In this document: positions 9,190 through 18,900 of the stretch, in pieces
How the letters are laid out: each line of letters begins with the position of its first letter
Numbering within the stretch: the first letter of the stretch is position 1
IMG/VR virus record: IMGVR_UViG_3300048438_000153
Location: 211,103 to 275,102 of that record
Length of the DNA: 64,000 nucleotides
Direction: 5' to 3' (one strand)
The notes under the pieces: generated by a model
The model's database searches: none
What the model was told of the DNA's origin: nothing
The model's input: the letters and a program-made list of their open reading frames with translations, nothing else
Translations under genes and position numbers: made by a program

Positions 9190-9488
9190 ATGATCGACTT
9201 TTCAGAACAAAATCTAGATGATATGGACTTCGGAGGGATAGACCTATCAGGGTCTATCTTCAACACAAGCTCTCTTAAGAGGGCTAAGTTCATCGGAGGG
9301 ACTTACAGGGACAGCCTGTTTGAAGAACTTCAACCTGATGATCTAGAGGATAATGAGCTTTCCCCATCAGATTTTTCAGGAGCACTTTCGTGAGATTCTC
9401 GATTGCAGATGGGACGACCTTCTATAAGTGTGACTTCAAGTATGTCACGCTGACGCGCTGTATCCGAAACCGCGTCAAAGGGATCTGA
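9190..9488 (+). pseudogene. Pentapeptide-repeat protein broken by a 1-nt frameshift near 9380
   Basis: DFSEQNLDDMDFGGIDLSGSIF... continues in the -1 frame as STFVRFSIADGTTFYKCDFKYVTLTRCIRNRVKGI*, stopping 2 nt before the next ATG; total length 299 nt. Confidence 0.7.
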
Positions 9489-9490
9489 TC

Positions 9491-9895
9491 ATGTGGTTAA
9501 GAAAGTTCAGAGCGAACACAGAAAGTAAACCGCCCGAGCTACTCGCTGTAGAGTTTCCGAAGGCTCTAGAGAATCACATCAAAGAGCTTCTCTCTCTGAG
9601 GAATCAGTTCTACAAGACTTTTGATCGGAAAGTAGAGTCGGCGCTGAAAGAACACGCTGTGACAGGGCTGATCAATCTCTATCACTCTTATTTAGAGAGT
9701 ACGCCCCTACACGACTACATAAAGACCTCTCTCAACGGCGTAGTGATTAGCCGAGAAGGAGGCGTCACTCGATACGCCCTCTCAGAAGCCTCATACGCGC
9801 TTCTAAGCAAGGTTGTCGAAGAGAGAGGTGTCAGTGCCTCAGCGAGAGTCTATTTCCTCCCTGAAGGGGTTATAGACGTCGTTGAGAATTCTTAA
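9491..9895 (+). CDS. Hypothetical protein
   Basis: 134-aa ORF tightly coupled to the upstream gene. Confidence 0.7.
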   Translation: MWLRKFRANTESKPPELLAVEFPKALENHIKELLSLRNQFYKTFDRKVESALKEHAVTGLINLYHSYLESTPLHDYIKTSLNGVVISREGGVTRYALSEASYALLSKVVEERGVSASARVYFLPEGVIDVVENS

Positions 9896-10200
9896 CTCTC
9901 TGCGTTGAACTCCGCGATCTTCTCTTTCAGCTCACTATCAGGATTCTCAACCATCGCATTATAGTCAATGTGACAGCCGTCCATTCGAGATGGGACACGC
10001 ATTCCCTCACGGACAAATCTTAGAGCAAAAGCTCGATGGATTGAAGCGAGCGAAGAGGCTTCAAATCCCTCCTCTTTCAACGTGCGAAGGAAAGCATTAG
10101 ATCCCGCCACCCTACTCTGATGGATCAGGTCTTCAGTAGGGATCTCGTCGAGAATATAGCCAACCCACTCTTCAGTGGTTACAGGTGTCGTCATACCCAT
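9892..10200 (-). CDS. Hypothetical protein
   Basis: 102-aa ORF with GGAG RBS, directly downstream of the SNF2-like gene. Confidence 0.7.
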   Translation of the reverse strand: MGMTTPVTTEEWVGYILDEIPTEDLIHQSRVAGSNAFLRTLKEEGFEASSLASIHRAFALRFVREGMRVPSRMDGCHIDYNAMVENPDSELKEKIAEFNAES

Positions 10201-10205
10201 TTCTA

Positions 10206-13200
10206 TTACTCCTTGTCTTCAAACTCTGAGGCGGTCTGATAGTCGCCCTCGTCCATGAACTTCTCCCTGATGAGGGAGTTTCTTTCTACTGACTTAGCGA
10301 CCGAAAGCCAAGCTTCTTCAAGAATGACGTCGCTCTTTCTCATGAGGTCTGTCAGCGCGTCCCTCTCTCTCTCAGGGCTTAAGAGTTTACTGAAGCCCTT
10401 TGACTTGAGTTTGAGCTTCTCGATAGTGCCAACGTCAGTCATCGAGCGCACATTGTCGTTTGAGTAGTAGGCGATCTTAAACTCGTTAGAGTAGGTCGAA
10501 ATCGCCTCTAGTACGTCCTGTGCAGACCTTCTGCTCATGTAAGACTCCCAACATGAAGCGTCATCTACGTCGAAGGGCTCAGAGGGGCGCTTCAGGTAAT
10601 CTGAAAGACCCATCTCAAACTCGTTGCACTTCATCTTGAAATACACGTTGAGTACGCGCTGTGCTACGTCGCTATCGTTCAGAGAAAGAGACATCCTCTT
10701 GAGCGGAGTCCCATTCGCAGACCACCACCTCTGACCGATGAGCTCAGTCTTGTTATCGTCAGTACAGAGGAAGAGGTCAGACAAGCTAACCTCATTTCCG
10801 TTTCGGATGCGATCATTGTCTACGAGCCAATCTTTAATCGCGATCTCCTCCTTAGAAAGCACCTCATGATCAAGATCGAGGAAGTCAATCTGAATGTCTG
10901 AGCTGAAGCCGAGAGAAGGCAAGGTCATAAGGTCACTGCTGTCCATGTCGGCCTTGATAGAAGACACATTCTTATCTGCTCTCGCGCTCACAATCTGACC
11001 GAAGATGAGCCTCGAAGGAACGTCCGAAGGCAGACACTTAGAGAAAGAAAGAGCCTTATTGTAGATCGTCCTCGTCATGTCGAGATTTTCTTCAACGAAG
11101 ACCTCAAGGTTGATGTCCTCACTCTGAGAAAGAACATGACCCTCTTCAATGATCGCGAAGTCATCGTCTGACGTGAACTGATAAGAAACAATCGAAGAGA
11201 GCCCCGTGAGATCTGAGACTCTCCTAGCTTCAGAGGGGTCTTTTGATTCTTGAATTACAGAAGAGAACAGAGGATCTGACCTGAAGCGAGAGGGGTCGAG
11301 CGCGAGATACTTAAGTGGGTTCTCGTCCTCGTTCTCAAGGGCCTCTGAGACATCTTTGATGTTACTAGCAGAGGGGTCGAGGAGCATCGAGACAAGATTC
11401 TTATTGATCCTGATCGACTCACCTGTAGTCCTCTCAACGCTATCGTAGTCTGCGATCAGATCAGTCTCCATGCCCTTTCTGATGATGTCCATGAAGAAGT
11501 CCTGATCCGCGCCCTGAATCAAGTCTTTCATCTCATCAATGGTCATGTCCATAGCGTCTTTTCCAAAAGCAGATGCTTTGTCTGAGTCGCCATAGCCTGA
11601 AGTCCTATCGCCACCCTTAGCGATCACCGCGTCAAGGTAGATAACCTCTACTTGCTTGTTTTGACCTGTGCGGTATGCGCGCGCTGTCCTCTGCTTAACA
11701 AGCTCAGAGTCAAAACCCTCACCGCGATCAAGGTGAACCACCGTTCCGATGAACTGAAAGTTGAAGCCCTTCGCGTACTCGTCGGTGCAACTGATCGACT
11801 TGATGCTTGGGTTGTCTTTAAAGATCATCTTAGTAGCGGAAATAGCCCACTGCTCGGAAACGAAAGCGAAGACGCCATTAGGGTTGAAGTAAACTTTCTT
11901 AAGAGCGTTCCTTGAAGACTTGACCCTCTTCACATCCTTATCGGTGAGAGCCTTGAAGAGATCGTTGAAAGGAGTCTCAATAACCTCTTTCTCCTCTTCC
12001 TCAAGTACGCTGTCATACTTGTTGAGGTTGAACTCTACGAGCTCGAAAAGATCCTGAACCTCCTCCCTAAACTCTTCTCCCGCTTTTGGGTGAGCATTTA
12101 AGAAAGAATAGTCTACAAGCCTACGCTCAAGTGCAGATAAAGACGCGAACCTACGACTGTCAAGGTTGACCCTAGAAAGCTCAGTCTTCCCTGTGTCTTT
12201 CTTGATCGCGCCGATATTCTTACCCGCTCGATAGAACTCGATGGAGTCCCTACGGAGCGCGACGTGAACACCGCCAACGCCCGACTTACTGCACTTAACT
12301 GCGTTCTGTCTGACGATAGTCTGATCTGCTGAGAAATAACACACCGCCTTCCCCGGCCTGTCCATCAAGATTTTCTCAGCTTGATCGAGCTTCGGGTTAG
12401 GCACTTTCTCATTGAAATACTTTGAGGGGTTCGTGGTCAGGGTGATGAGATCCCTGATCTTGGAGACACTCTTAGCTTGAGCGAAGTCCACGATGTTCTT
12501 GAAAGAGGACTCCTGATACTTGCCCCCTTTCTTAATTACGTCTCTGTACTTCTTGACCATCGCCTTAAGCTCGCGAGCGAGTGCTCCTGAGAGCTTGCGG
12601 TACTCTTTCTCGACGCGCTCGTTGAGCCGAACTGTGATGACTTGTGAAGTGGGCTTCTGAAGCTTAGGGAGTCCGATTTCTTCAAGATTCACGTCCTGTT
12701 TGAAAGCGAAATAAGCGTTCGCCTTGACCCATGTGTTGAACTCTTCGCGAGTTCCTTTCTTAAGGCCGACGAATCGACCGCCGATGACGTTCCCGAATCT
12801 CTCAGCGAAAGCTCTTTCCTTCTCTGCTGAGAACTCCGCGCCCCTCGCGACTGCGACGAACCTGTAAAGGTCGAGTGGATCTCTCTCCATCGCAGAAGCT
12901 GTGAGAAGAATCTTACGAGGGTGCTTCAGGTCAGAGAGAGCCTTTCTCTTAGTTCCTGTGAGCGCCTCATTGACTTCATCAAAGAAACAGATCGCGTATT
13001 TGTCTTTGAAGTACTCAGTAGAGTCAGCGTAGTTGCTACCCATCTCAGGCTTAGAGGGGTCTTTCCAATAGTCTGAAGGGATATCCCTGAGCCTACGCTC
13101 CCTCTTCTTCGGGTCTTTCTCAGCGAGGAACTCCTCAACGCGGTCGATGCCTCTGACAATCTTAGCGAACTTGGTGTAGTTCATCTCGTAGATGCGGTTA

Positions 13201-15419
13201 TCTACGACGCCGTGATCAGTCATGAAGTCTTTCATTTCTCTTGAGAAGTTACCTTGCAGTCTCTTCGGAGAAACGAACAAGAATTGTTTCTCAGATCCAG
13301 GAGCTTCTTTGGTCTTCATGTAGTGGCGCATAGCACCGCCCGCCAAGAGAGTCTTACCCACACCTGTGTCGAGAGCCATTAGACCTGAGTATGCGTTCGC
13401 CTCAAGCCAAGCCATCGCCTCCATCTGCTTGTTGTTGAAACGGAAAGGACGCCCCTTAAACTCTGAGACGAATCCTCCGATAGCATCGGGAGTGAATTTC
13501 TTAAGGTTCTCTTCATTGAGAGCGCGGTCACGAGCTGTGAGCTCACGGTAGTACTCGTCAAGGTAGTCAAGAGCAGGCTTAGAAACAGCGCATGAGCCGA
13601 GCGTGTCTCTAATCGACTCGTAAGCAGATGGGTCGAAGTAATAGAAAGGGTTCAGACCGTTCACAGTGGGAGCGAGTCTAGGGTCTTTCTTCTGCTCGAT
13701 GGAAGGCTTCATAATCTTAGCAAGATCTTTGATCGCGTTGCGGTCTTGCTTGCTCGCGTTAGAGCTAGGGATGCCAAGAACGAGTCTCTTCTTGTTCGCA
13801 GAAAGAGTGATATAGGGCTCTCTTAAGCGGTTATTCACGACCTTCATGTACTTGGCGCGCGCAGAGCCTTCGCCAAGATCAAGGAAGCTAACCTCTTCAC
13901 CGTCAGGTACGAGATCGCCTACCTCATTTCTTACAAAGTCACCCTCGATCATCTCGATCTTCTGAGTTTCTCCATCTGCGGTGCGCGTGTAGAAGCTACC
14001 CTCGATGAGACGGCCTGAAGCATTGACGAGATCTTCTAAGAGAAAGCCTTTATATTGACCCTCAACGATCACGTCAACCATCGTGTCGCCAACGATCATC
14101 TTCTTAACTTTAACTACACGAGTCAGCGCCCTCTTTGAACTACCCTTCGCATCTGTGAGCTGAGCTGTCCTCATATCCCCTGAAAGAGCGGAGACGTCAT
14201 AGCGAGTGAGAGGGAAACTCTCTTCAGCGCCCTCATAGGTAATCTTAGAAAGGTACTCATAGACAGGAGTCTCCTGAAAGACATCCTCGCCCTCATATCC
14301 CTTTGGCTGACGCTTCTTTACTTTCTTAACGCCGACCTGAATACGCTCTTCTTCGATTGTAGGCATCTGATTGAAGAGAGCCATTTCCTTTCCGATTCGG
14401 CTCTCGAACGCCTCCTCGTAATCATCTTTCGAGGAGAACATCTGATAGTCTGAAGTCTCCTCATCCACCAAGTATGGAGAGTAGATTCCCTTGATGAAGG
14501 GCTCAAGCCTCTCCTCATAGGCTTTCATCGCCTTCTCGTACCCACTCGCCTCTACGCGCGCCTCATATGACTCCCGCGACTCTCCTCTTCTCTTAGATGG
14601 TCTGCGAGGTGGCTTACCTAGTGACTTTACTTGAGGGTCATAAGCGACTGTAGCAGTCTTAGCGCCACCGACGCCGAGGTAGTCTCTAGTCTTTCCTACG
14701 ACAAAACCCTGTTGCTCAAGTGTCGTCTCAAGCTCTTTCTGCTGAATGTCGAAAGCTCTCTTAAGAACATCATATTCCTCAGTATCATCTTTCGAGGACT
14801 TGTTGAGCGCGCTCTCAAGGCTTGAGGGAAGAGCGAACTGAATATAGGGGAGATTGACGGAGCTGTTTCTTTTCTGCTTCGTAGACACCTCAATCCCCAT
14901 CAGTTTGAAGACACGTCCAAGGAGATCAGAGTAATTCTCAACAAGGCGGTTCTTGTAGGTCGCTTTTCTGACATACTTTCTGATGCGCCTGATGCGGTCA
15001 TCTACAGGAGTGTTGATCTCTGAGGTTTCACGGATGAATTTCTCGAAGTCCTCGATCTCAGCTCTCATTCTCTGAGTGTCTTGGATGAAAGACTCCGACA
15101 TCTCGCTTGCGAACTTTCTACGGAGGTACTTAGTACCCTCATCGAACTTATCCACGAGAAGGATATTGTAGTTCTTAAACCTGTCGGCTTTCGCCAAGAT
15201 TTTAAGCATGAACTCGTTAGGCGTGATGAGGTGAGTATATACCGTAAAGAGCGCGTCGATCTCTTTGCGACGAACGGCGATAAACACTCGATCCTCAAGA
15301 CCTTTTTCCTTTCTCTCTAAGATTTCCTCCTCAGAGAGCTTACGCCTCTTACCATAACGCCTCTTAACAACATCTGTAAGGCGACCCCTAAAAGGGATGA
15401 CTGTCTGCCTGTTCTTCAT
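10206..15419 (-). CDS. Giant SNF2/SF2 helicase-domain protein, probably virion-associated
   Basis: ALDTGVGKT (I), FFDEVNE (II), LLTAS (III), AKGFNFQ (V), QRTARAYRTGQ (VI); long N- and C-terminal extensions. Confidence 0.85.
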   Translation of the reverse strand: MKNRQTVIPFRGRLTDVVKRRYGKRRKLSEEEILERKEKGLEDRVFIAVRRKEIDALFTVYTHLITPNEFMLKILAKADRFKNYNILLVDKFDEGTKYLRRKFASEMSESFIQDTQRMRAEIEDFEKFIRETSEINTPVDDRIRRIRKYVRKATYKNRLVENYSDLLGRVFKLMGIEVSTKQKRNSSVNLPYIQFALPSSLESALNKSSKDDTEEYDVLKRAFDIQQKELETTLEQQGFVVGKTRDYLGVGGAKTATVAYDPQVKSLGKPPRRPSKRRGESRESYEARVEASGYEKAMKAYEERLEPFIKGIYSPYLVDEETSDYQMFSSKDDYEEAFESRIGKEMALFNQMPTIEEERIQVGVKKVKKRQPKGYEGEDVFQETPVYEYLSKITYEGAEESFPLTRYDVSALSGDMRTAQLTDAKGSSKRALTRVVKVKKMIVGDTMVDVIVEGQYKGFLLEDLVNASGRLIEGSFYTRTADGETQKIEMIEGDFVRNEVGDLVPDGEEVSFLDLGEGSARAKYMKVVNNRLREPYITLSANKKRLVLGIPSSNASKQDRNAIKDLAKIMKPSIEQKKDPRLAPTVNGLNPFYYFDPSAYESIRDTLGSCAVSKPALDYLDEYYRELTARDRALNEENLKKFTPDAIGGFVSEFKGRPFRFNNKQMEAMAWLEANAYSGLMALDTGVGKTLLAGGAMRHYMKTKEAPGSEKQFLFVSPKRLQGNFSREMKDFMTDHGVVDNRIYEMNYTKFAKIVRGIDRVEEFLAEKDPKKRERRLRDIPSDYWKDPSKPEMGSNYADSTEYFKDKYAICFFDEVNEALTGTKRKALSDLKHPRKILLTASAMERDPLDLYRFVAVARGAEFSAEKERAFAERFGNVIGGRFVGLKKGTREEFNTWVKANAYFAFKQDVNLEEIGLPKLQKPTSQVITVRLNERVEKEYRKLSGALARELKAMVKKYRDVIKKGGKYQESSFKNIVDFAQAKSVSKIRDLITLTTNPSKYFNEKVPNPKLDQAEKILMDRPGKAVCYFSADQTIVRQNAVKCSKSGVGGVHVALRRDSIEFYRAGKNIGAIKKDTGKTELSRVNLDSRRFASLSALERRLVDYSFLNAHPKAGEEFREEVQDLFELVEFNLNKYDSVLEEEEKEVIETPFNDLFKALTDKDVKRVKSSRNALKKVYFNPNGVFAFVSEQWAISATKMIFKDNPSIKSISCTDEYAKGFNFQFIGTVVHLDRGEGFDSELVKQRTARAYRTGQNKQVEVIYLDAVIAKGGDRTSGYGDSDKASAFGKDAMDMTIDEMKDLIQGADQDFFMDIIRKGMETDLIADYDSVERTTGESIRINKNLVSMLLDPSASNIKDVSEALENEDENPLKYLALDPSRFRSDPLFSSVIQESKDPSEARRVSDLTGLSSIVSYQFTSDDDFAIIEEGHVLSQSEDINLEVFVEENLDMTRTIYNKALSFSKCLPSDVPSRLIFGQIVSARADKNVSSIKADMDSSDLMTLPSLGFSSDIQIDFLDLDHEVLSKEEIAIKDWLVDNDRIRNGNEVSLSDLFLCTDDNKTELIGQRWWSANGTPLKRMSLSLNDSDVAQRVLNVYFKMKCNEFEMGLSDYLKRPSEPFDVDDASCWESYMSRRSAQDVLEAISTYSNEFKIAYYSNDNVRSMTDVGTIEKLKLKSKGFSKLLSPERERDALTDLMRKSDVILEEAWLSVAKSVERNSLIREKFMDEGDYQTASEFEDKE

Positions 15420-15476
15420 ATATGTACCCCTTGTGACAAGTGAGGTTATTTCTCTTAAACCAATAGAGCTGAGTAG

Positions 15477-15488
15477 ATAAAACTACTA
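15477..15488 (-). promoter_or_regulatory. Putative late promoter TA-N5-TTTAT (TAGTAGTTTTAT)
   Basis: 58 nt upstream of the start at 15419. Confidence 0.55.
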
Positions 15489-15502
15489 TCGAGGAGAAAG
15501 AG

Positions 15503-15958
15503 ATGTGGTTGACATACCTAATCTTATCTGTTTTTCTAACCACATTAGCCCACGAGTACAGTCATGTCGGTATGGCTCAACTCTTAGTAGGTGTAGATCA
15601 ATACTCCATCAAACCCTTCATCCATAAACACAAAGAATTAGGGCTTGTAGGAGGATCTGTCTCAATCACTTATAAGAGAGCAAGAACAAAGTCAGAAGAA
15701 GCTTGGATTGCCTTCGCCCCACGCCTCACTAATGCTCTCTTCTTAATACTCCTACCGTTCACTGTCGATAAAGGATCTCTAGTGATCATCTTAGTAGCTA
15801 CATTAGGATGCTACGATATGCTCAGGGGATCACTCCCCAATGACTCTGACTGTAAAGTCTATTGCAGTCATTGGAGGGTGAGTCCTTACCTAGTCAGGTA
15901 CTATCAGCTCACTCTTTCTTATGTGAGCTTCCTCACCTTTCTACTCAGGCTTTCTTAG
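15503..15958 (+). CDS. Membrane zinc metalloprotease-like protein (HExxH)
   Basis: LAHEYSH inside a hydrophobic segment, IAFAP, several TM stretches; GAGGAG RBS. Confidence 0.7.
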   Translation: MWLTYLILSVFLTTLAHEYSHVGMAQLLVGVDQYSIKPFIHKHKELGLVGGSVSITYKRARTKSEEAWIAFAPRLTNALFLILLPFTVDKGSLVIILVATLGCYDMLRGSLPNDSDCKVYCSHWRVSPYLVRYYQLTLSYVSFLTFLLRLS

Positions 15959-18900
15959 AGGATCACAAAGTTGATCGTGATCACACTGTCTGCGTTAATC
16001 TGAGAACCTATCCTGTTGACAAGGCTGAACTCGAAGCTCGTAGCGTTCGTGATCGAATGCGCGTATACCTCGATACCGCCCTCAGCGAGAATGTCTCCTC
16101 CATTATCAGCAGAGGCCACTGTAGCCATGATGACGCTTGTAGATAACACTGAAGTGTTATTGACCACAAATCCGATTGAGTGAGCATCATCTGCTATCGC
16201 GGTATCGGTTGTCACCGCGACTTGGAAAGCCTTAGTGTTGGTGCTAAAGAGAGGCGCGTTAGTCACGCCCTCGTCACCTGTAAGACCTGTAGTCTTAGCG
16301 ACTGTAAGACCACCGTTCTTGACATTCAAGCTACCTACGTCAAGGGGAGCGAGATCTGAGTCAGGAACGGAATAAGATGCAGCCGGCTCAGTTATGTCAG
16401 CTCGACCATGAAAAATCTTAAACGCGCCTGACTTACCGCCTACGGTGTTGTCTACCTCATATACGACACCCATAAGGAAGTCAGCAAAGTTAGAATCACC
16501 GTAAGCACCTACAAAACCGAGATCGCGAGTTGATGCTGTATTAGTGTAGCCCACATATAGGGTAGGGTCTTTGAATCTTAAAGACCCTGAAACCGCGCTG
16601 TTTCCTGTGATCACACCTGTGACATCAAGATCGCCCGAGAGAGTCACTTTCTGATCTGCTGTCAGAGTGATCGTAGTCTCTCCGTCTGAGTTCTGAATGA
16701 CGTTATTCCCAAGAATAAGGTTACTGCCTGTCTCTACCTCGCCCGTAAACGTAGCCTTGTTTGCAGAGCTAAGAGTCAGAACAGTTGAAAGAGCACCCGC
16801 ATTATCTCCACCTGTCTGAAAGATAACCGAACCGCCTGTGCCTGTCCCATTACCAACACCCGAGGAAATAGTGAGGTTCTCACCTACGGTGTCTTCGTCA
16901 GTCTGAGTAGTCACAGAAATAGAGGTCGCGTTGCTTCCATCACCTAGAGCTACACCTCCACCGCTAACAGTAAGACTGTTCGATGTGAGTGACCCTGTAG
17001 TTGAAAGGTTCTCATCTCCGAAAGAAATAACCCCCCCCGAGTCGGTAATAGAACCGTCAGCAAGAGTAAGAGTTCCAACAGATGAGCCTGAGACTCCCTC
17101 AGACACTTTCCCGAAGACTACTTTCTCACCTTCATTCGTGGTGACGAACTTGAGGTAAGAGTTAGCTCCCTCTGCGATGTCGAGAGCAGTCGCCTGAGCA
17201 TCCGTAAGACTGATAGAAATGGTATTTCCATCGGCGGAGATACTATCTAGGGAGATATCGCCTACGTTAGTGATGTCTCCATCAGCAACACTTAACGAGG
17301 TAACAGTGGTTGCGCCCGCTCCGAGAGTTCCCGTAGTTGAGAGGTTCTCATCTCCAAAGGAAATAGCTCCGCTTGAGTCAGTAATAGAGCCGTCAGCGAG
17401 AGTAAGAGTTCCAACTGTCGAGCCTGAGACTCCCTCAGAAACCTTTCCGAAGACTACCTTCTCACCAGCGTCAGTTGTTACGAACTTGAGGTAAGAGTTA
17501 ACACCCTCTGTGATATCAAGTGATGATGCTTGGTTATCAGTGAGGTTAAGGGTGATCGCGTTTCCGTCAGCAGAAATACTATCGAGAGCAATATCCCCTA
17601 CGTTAGTGATGTCCCCATCAGTAACACTTAACGAGGTAACAGTGGCAGACCCCGCCCCGAGAGTACCTGTAGTAGAAAGGTTCTCGTTCCCAAAGGAAAT
17701 CGCGCCCCCTGAGTCGGTGATCGACCCGTCAGCGAGAGTAAGAGTTCCAACTGTCGAGCCTGAGACTCCCTCAGAAACCTTCCCGAAGACTACCTTCTCA
17801 TCAGCGTCAGTGGTGACGAACTTGAGGTAAGAGTTAGCTCCCTCAGTAATGTCGAGTGAAGACGCTTGGTTATCAGTGAGGTTAAGGGTGATCGAGTTCC
17901 CGTCAGCAGAAATACTATCGAGAGCAATATCCCCTACGTTGCTGATGTCTCCATCAGCAACACTTAATGAAGTGACAGTGGTTGCGCCCGCCCCGAGAGT
18001 ACCTGTAGTAGAAAGGTTTTCGTCCCCAAAGGAAACAGCGCCCCCTGAGTCAGTAATCGAGCCATCAGCGAGAGTAAGAGTTCCAACAGACGATCCTGAG
18101 ACTCCCTCAGACACCTTCCCGAAAACTACCTTCTCATCAGCGTCTGTAGTTACGAACTTGAGGTAAGAGTTAGCTCCCTCAGTAATGTCGAGTGAAGACG
18201 CTTGGTTATCAGTGAGACTGATGGAAATGGTATTTCCGTCAGCAGAAATACTATCTAGGGCGATGTCCCCTACGTTGGAGATGTCCCCATCAGTAACACT
18301 TAATGAAGTGACAGTGGTAGCTCCCGCGCCGAGAGTACCTGTTGTCGAGAGGTTCTCGTCCCCGAAAGAAATAGCTCCACTTGAGTCAGTGATCGACCCA
18401 TCAGCAAGAGTAAGATCTCCAAAGGTAGATCCTGTTGCTCCCGAGACTGTGCCTGTAGCCTCAAGAGTGCTGACAAGTAAACCAGCCTTAGAAAGACCCA
18501 CAACACCTGAGAAGTCGGTAGTAGTTCCATTTACCGCACCGCTGTGAGTGCCTAGTAAGAATTTACCTTCACCCTCATCCCAAATGATAAGAGCATCGTC
18601 CTCAAGACCTCTATTCAGGAAGATCCCGATATCAGAGTTATTGTTATTATCCCCAATGTCCTTGTTGAGCTCAATCACTTGATCTGCAACAGAAAGGTTG
18701 GTTGTACTGATGATAGTCTGAGTGCCGTTTACGGTAATGTTCGTACAGGTGATAGAACCTGTAGTGGTCAGGTTCTCATCATCAAAAGTGATTGTCCCAC
18801 CTGTGGAGGTAATAGAACCGTCAGCGAGAGTAAGAGTCCCTACGGTAGACCCTGAAGCAAGTGTAGCCACCCCCGCTCCGAGAGTACCTGTGGTAGAAAG

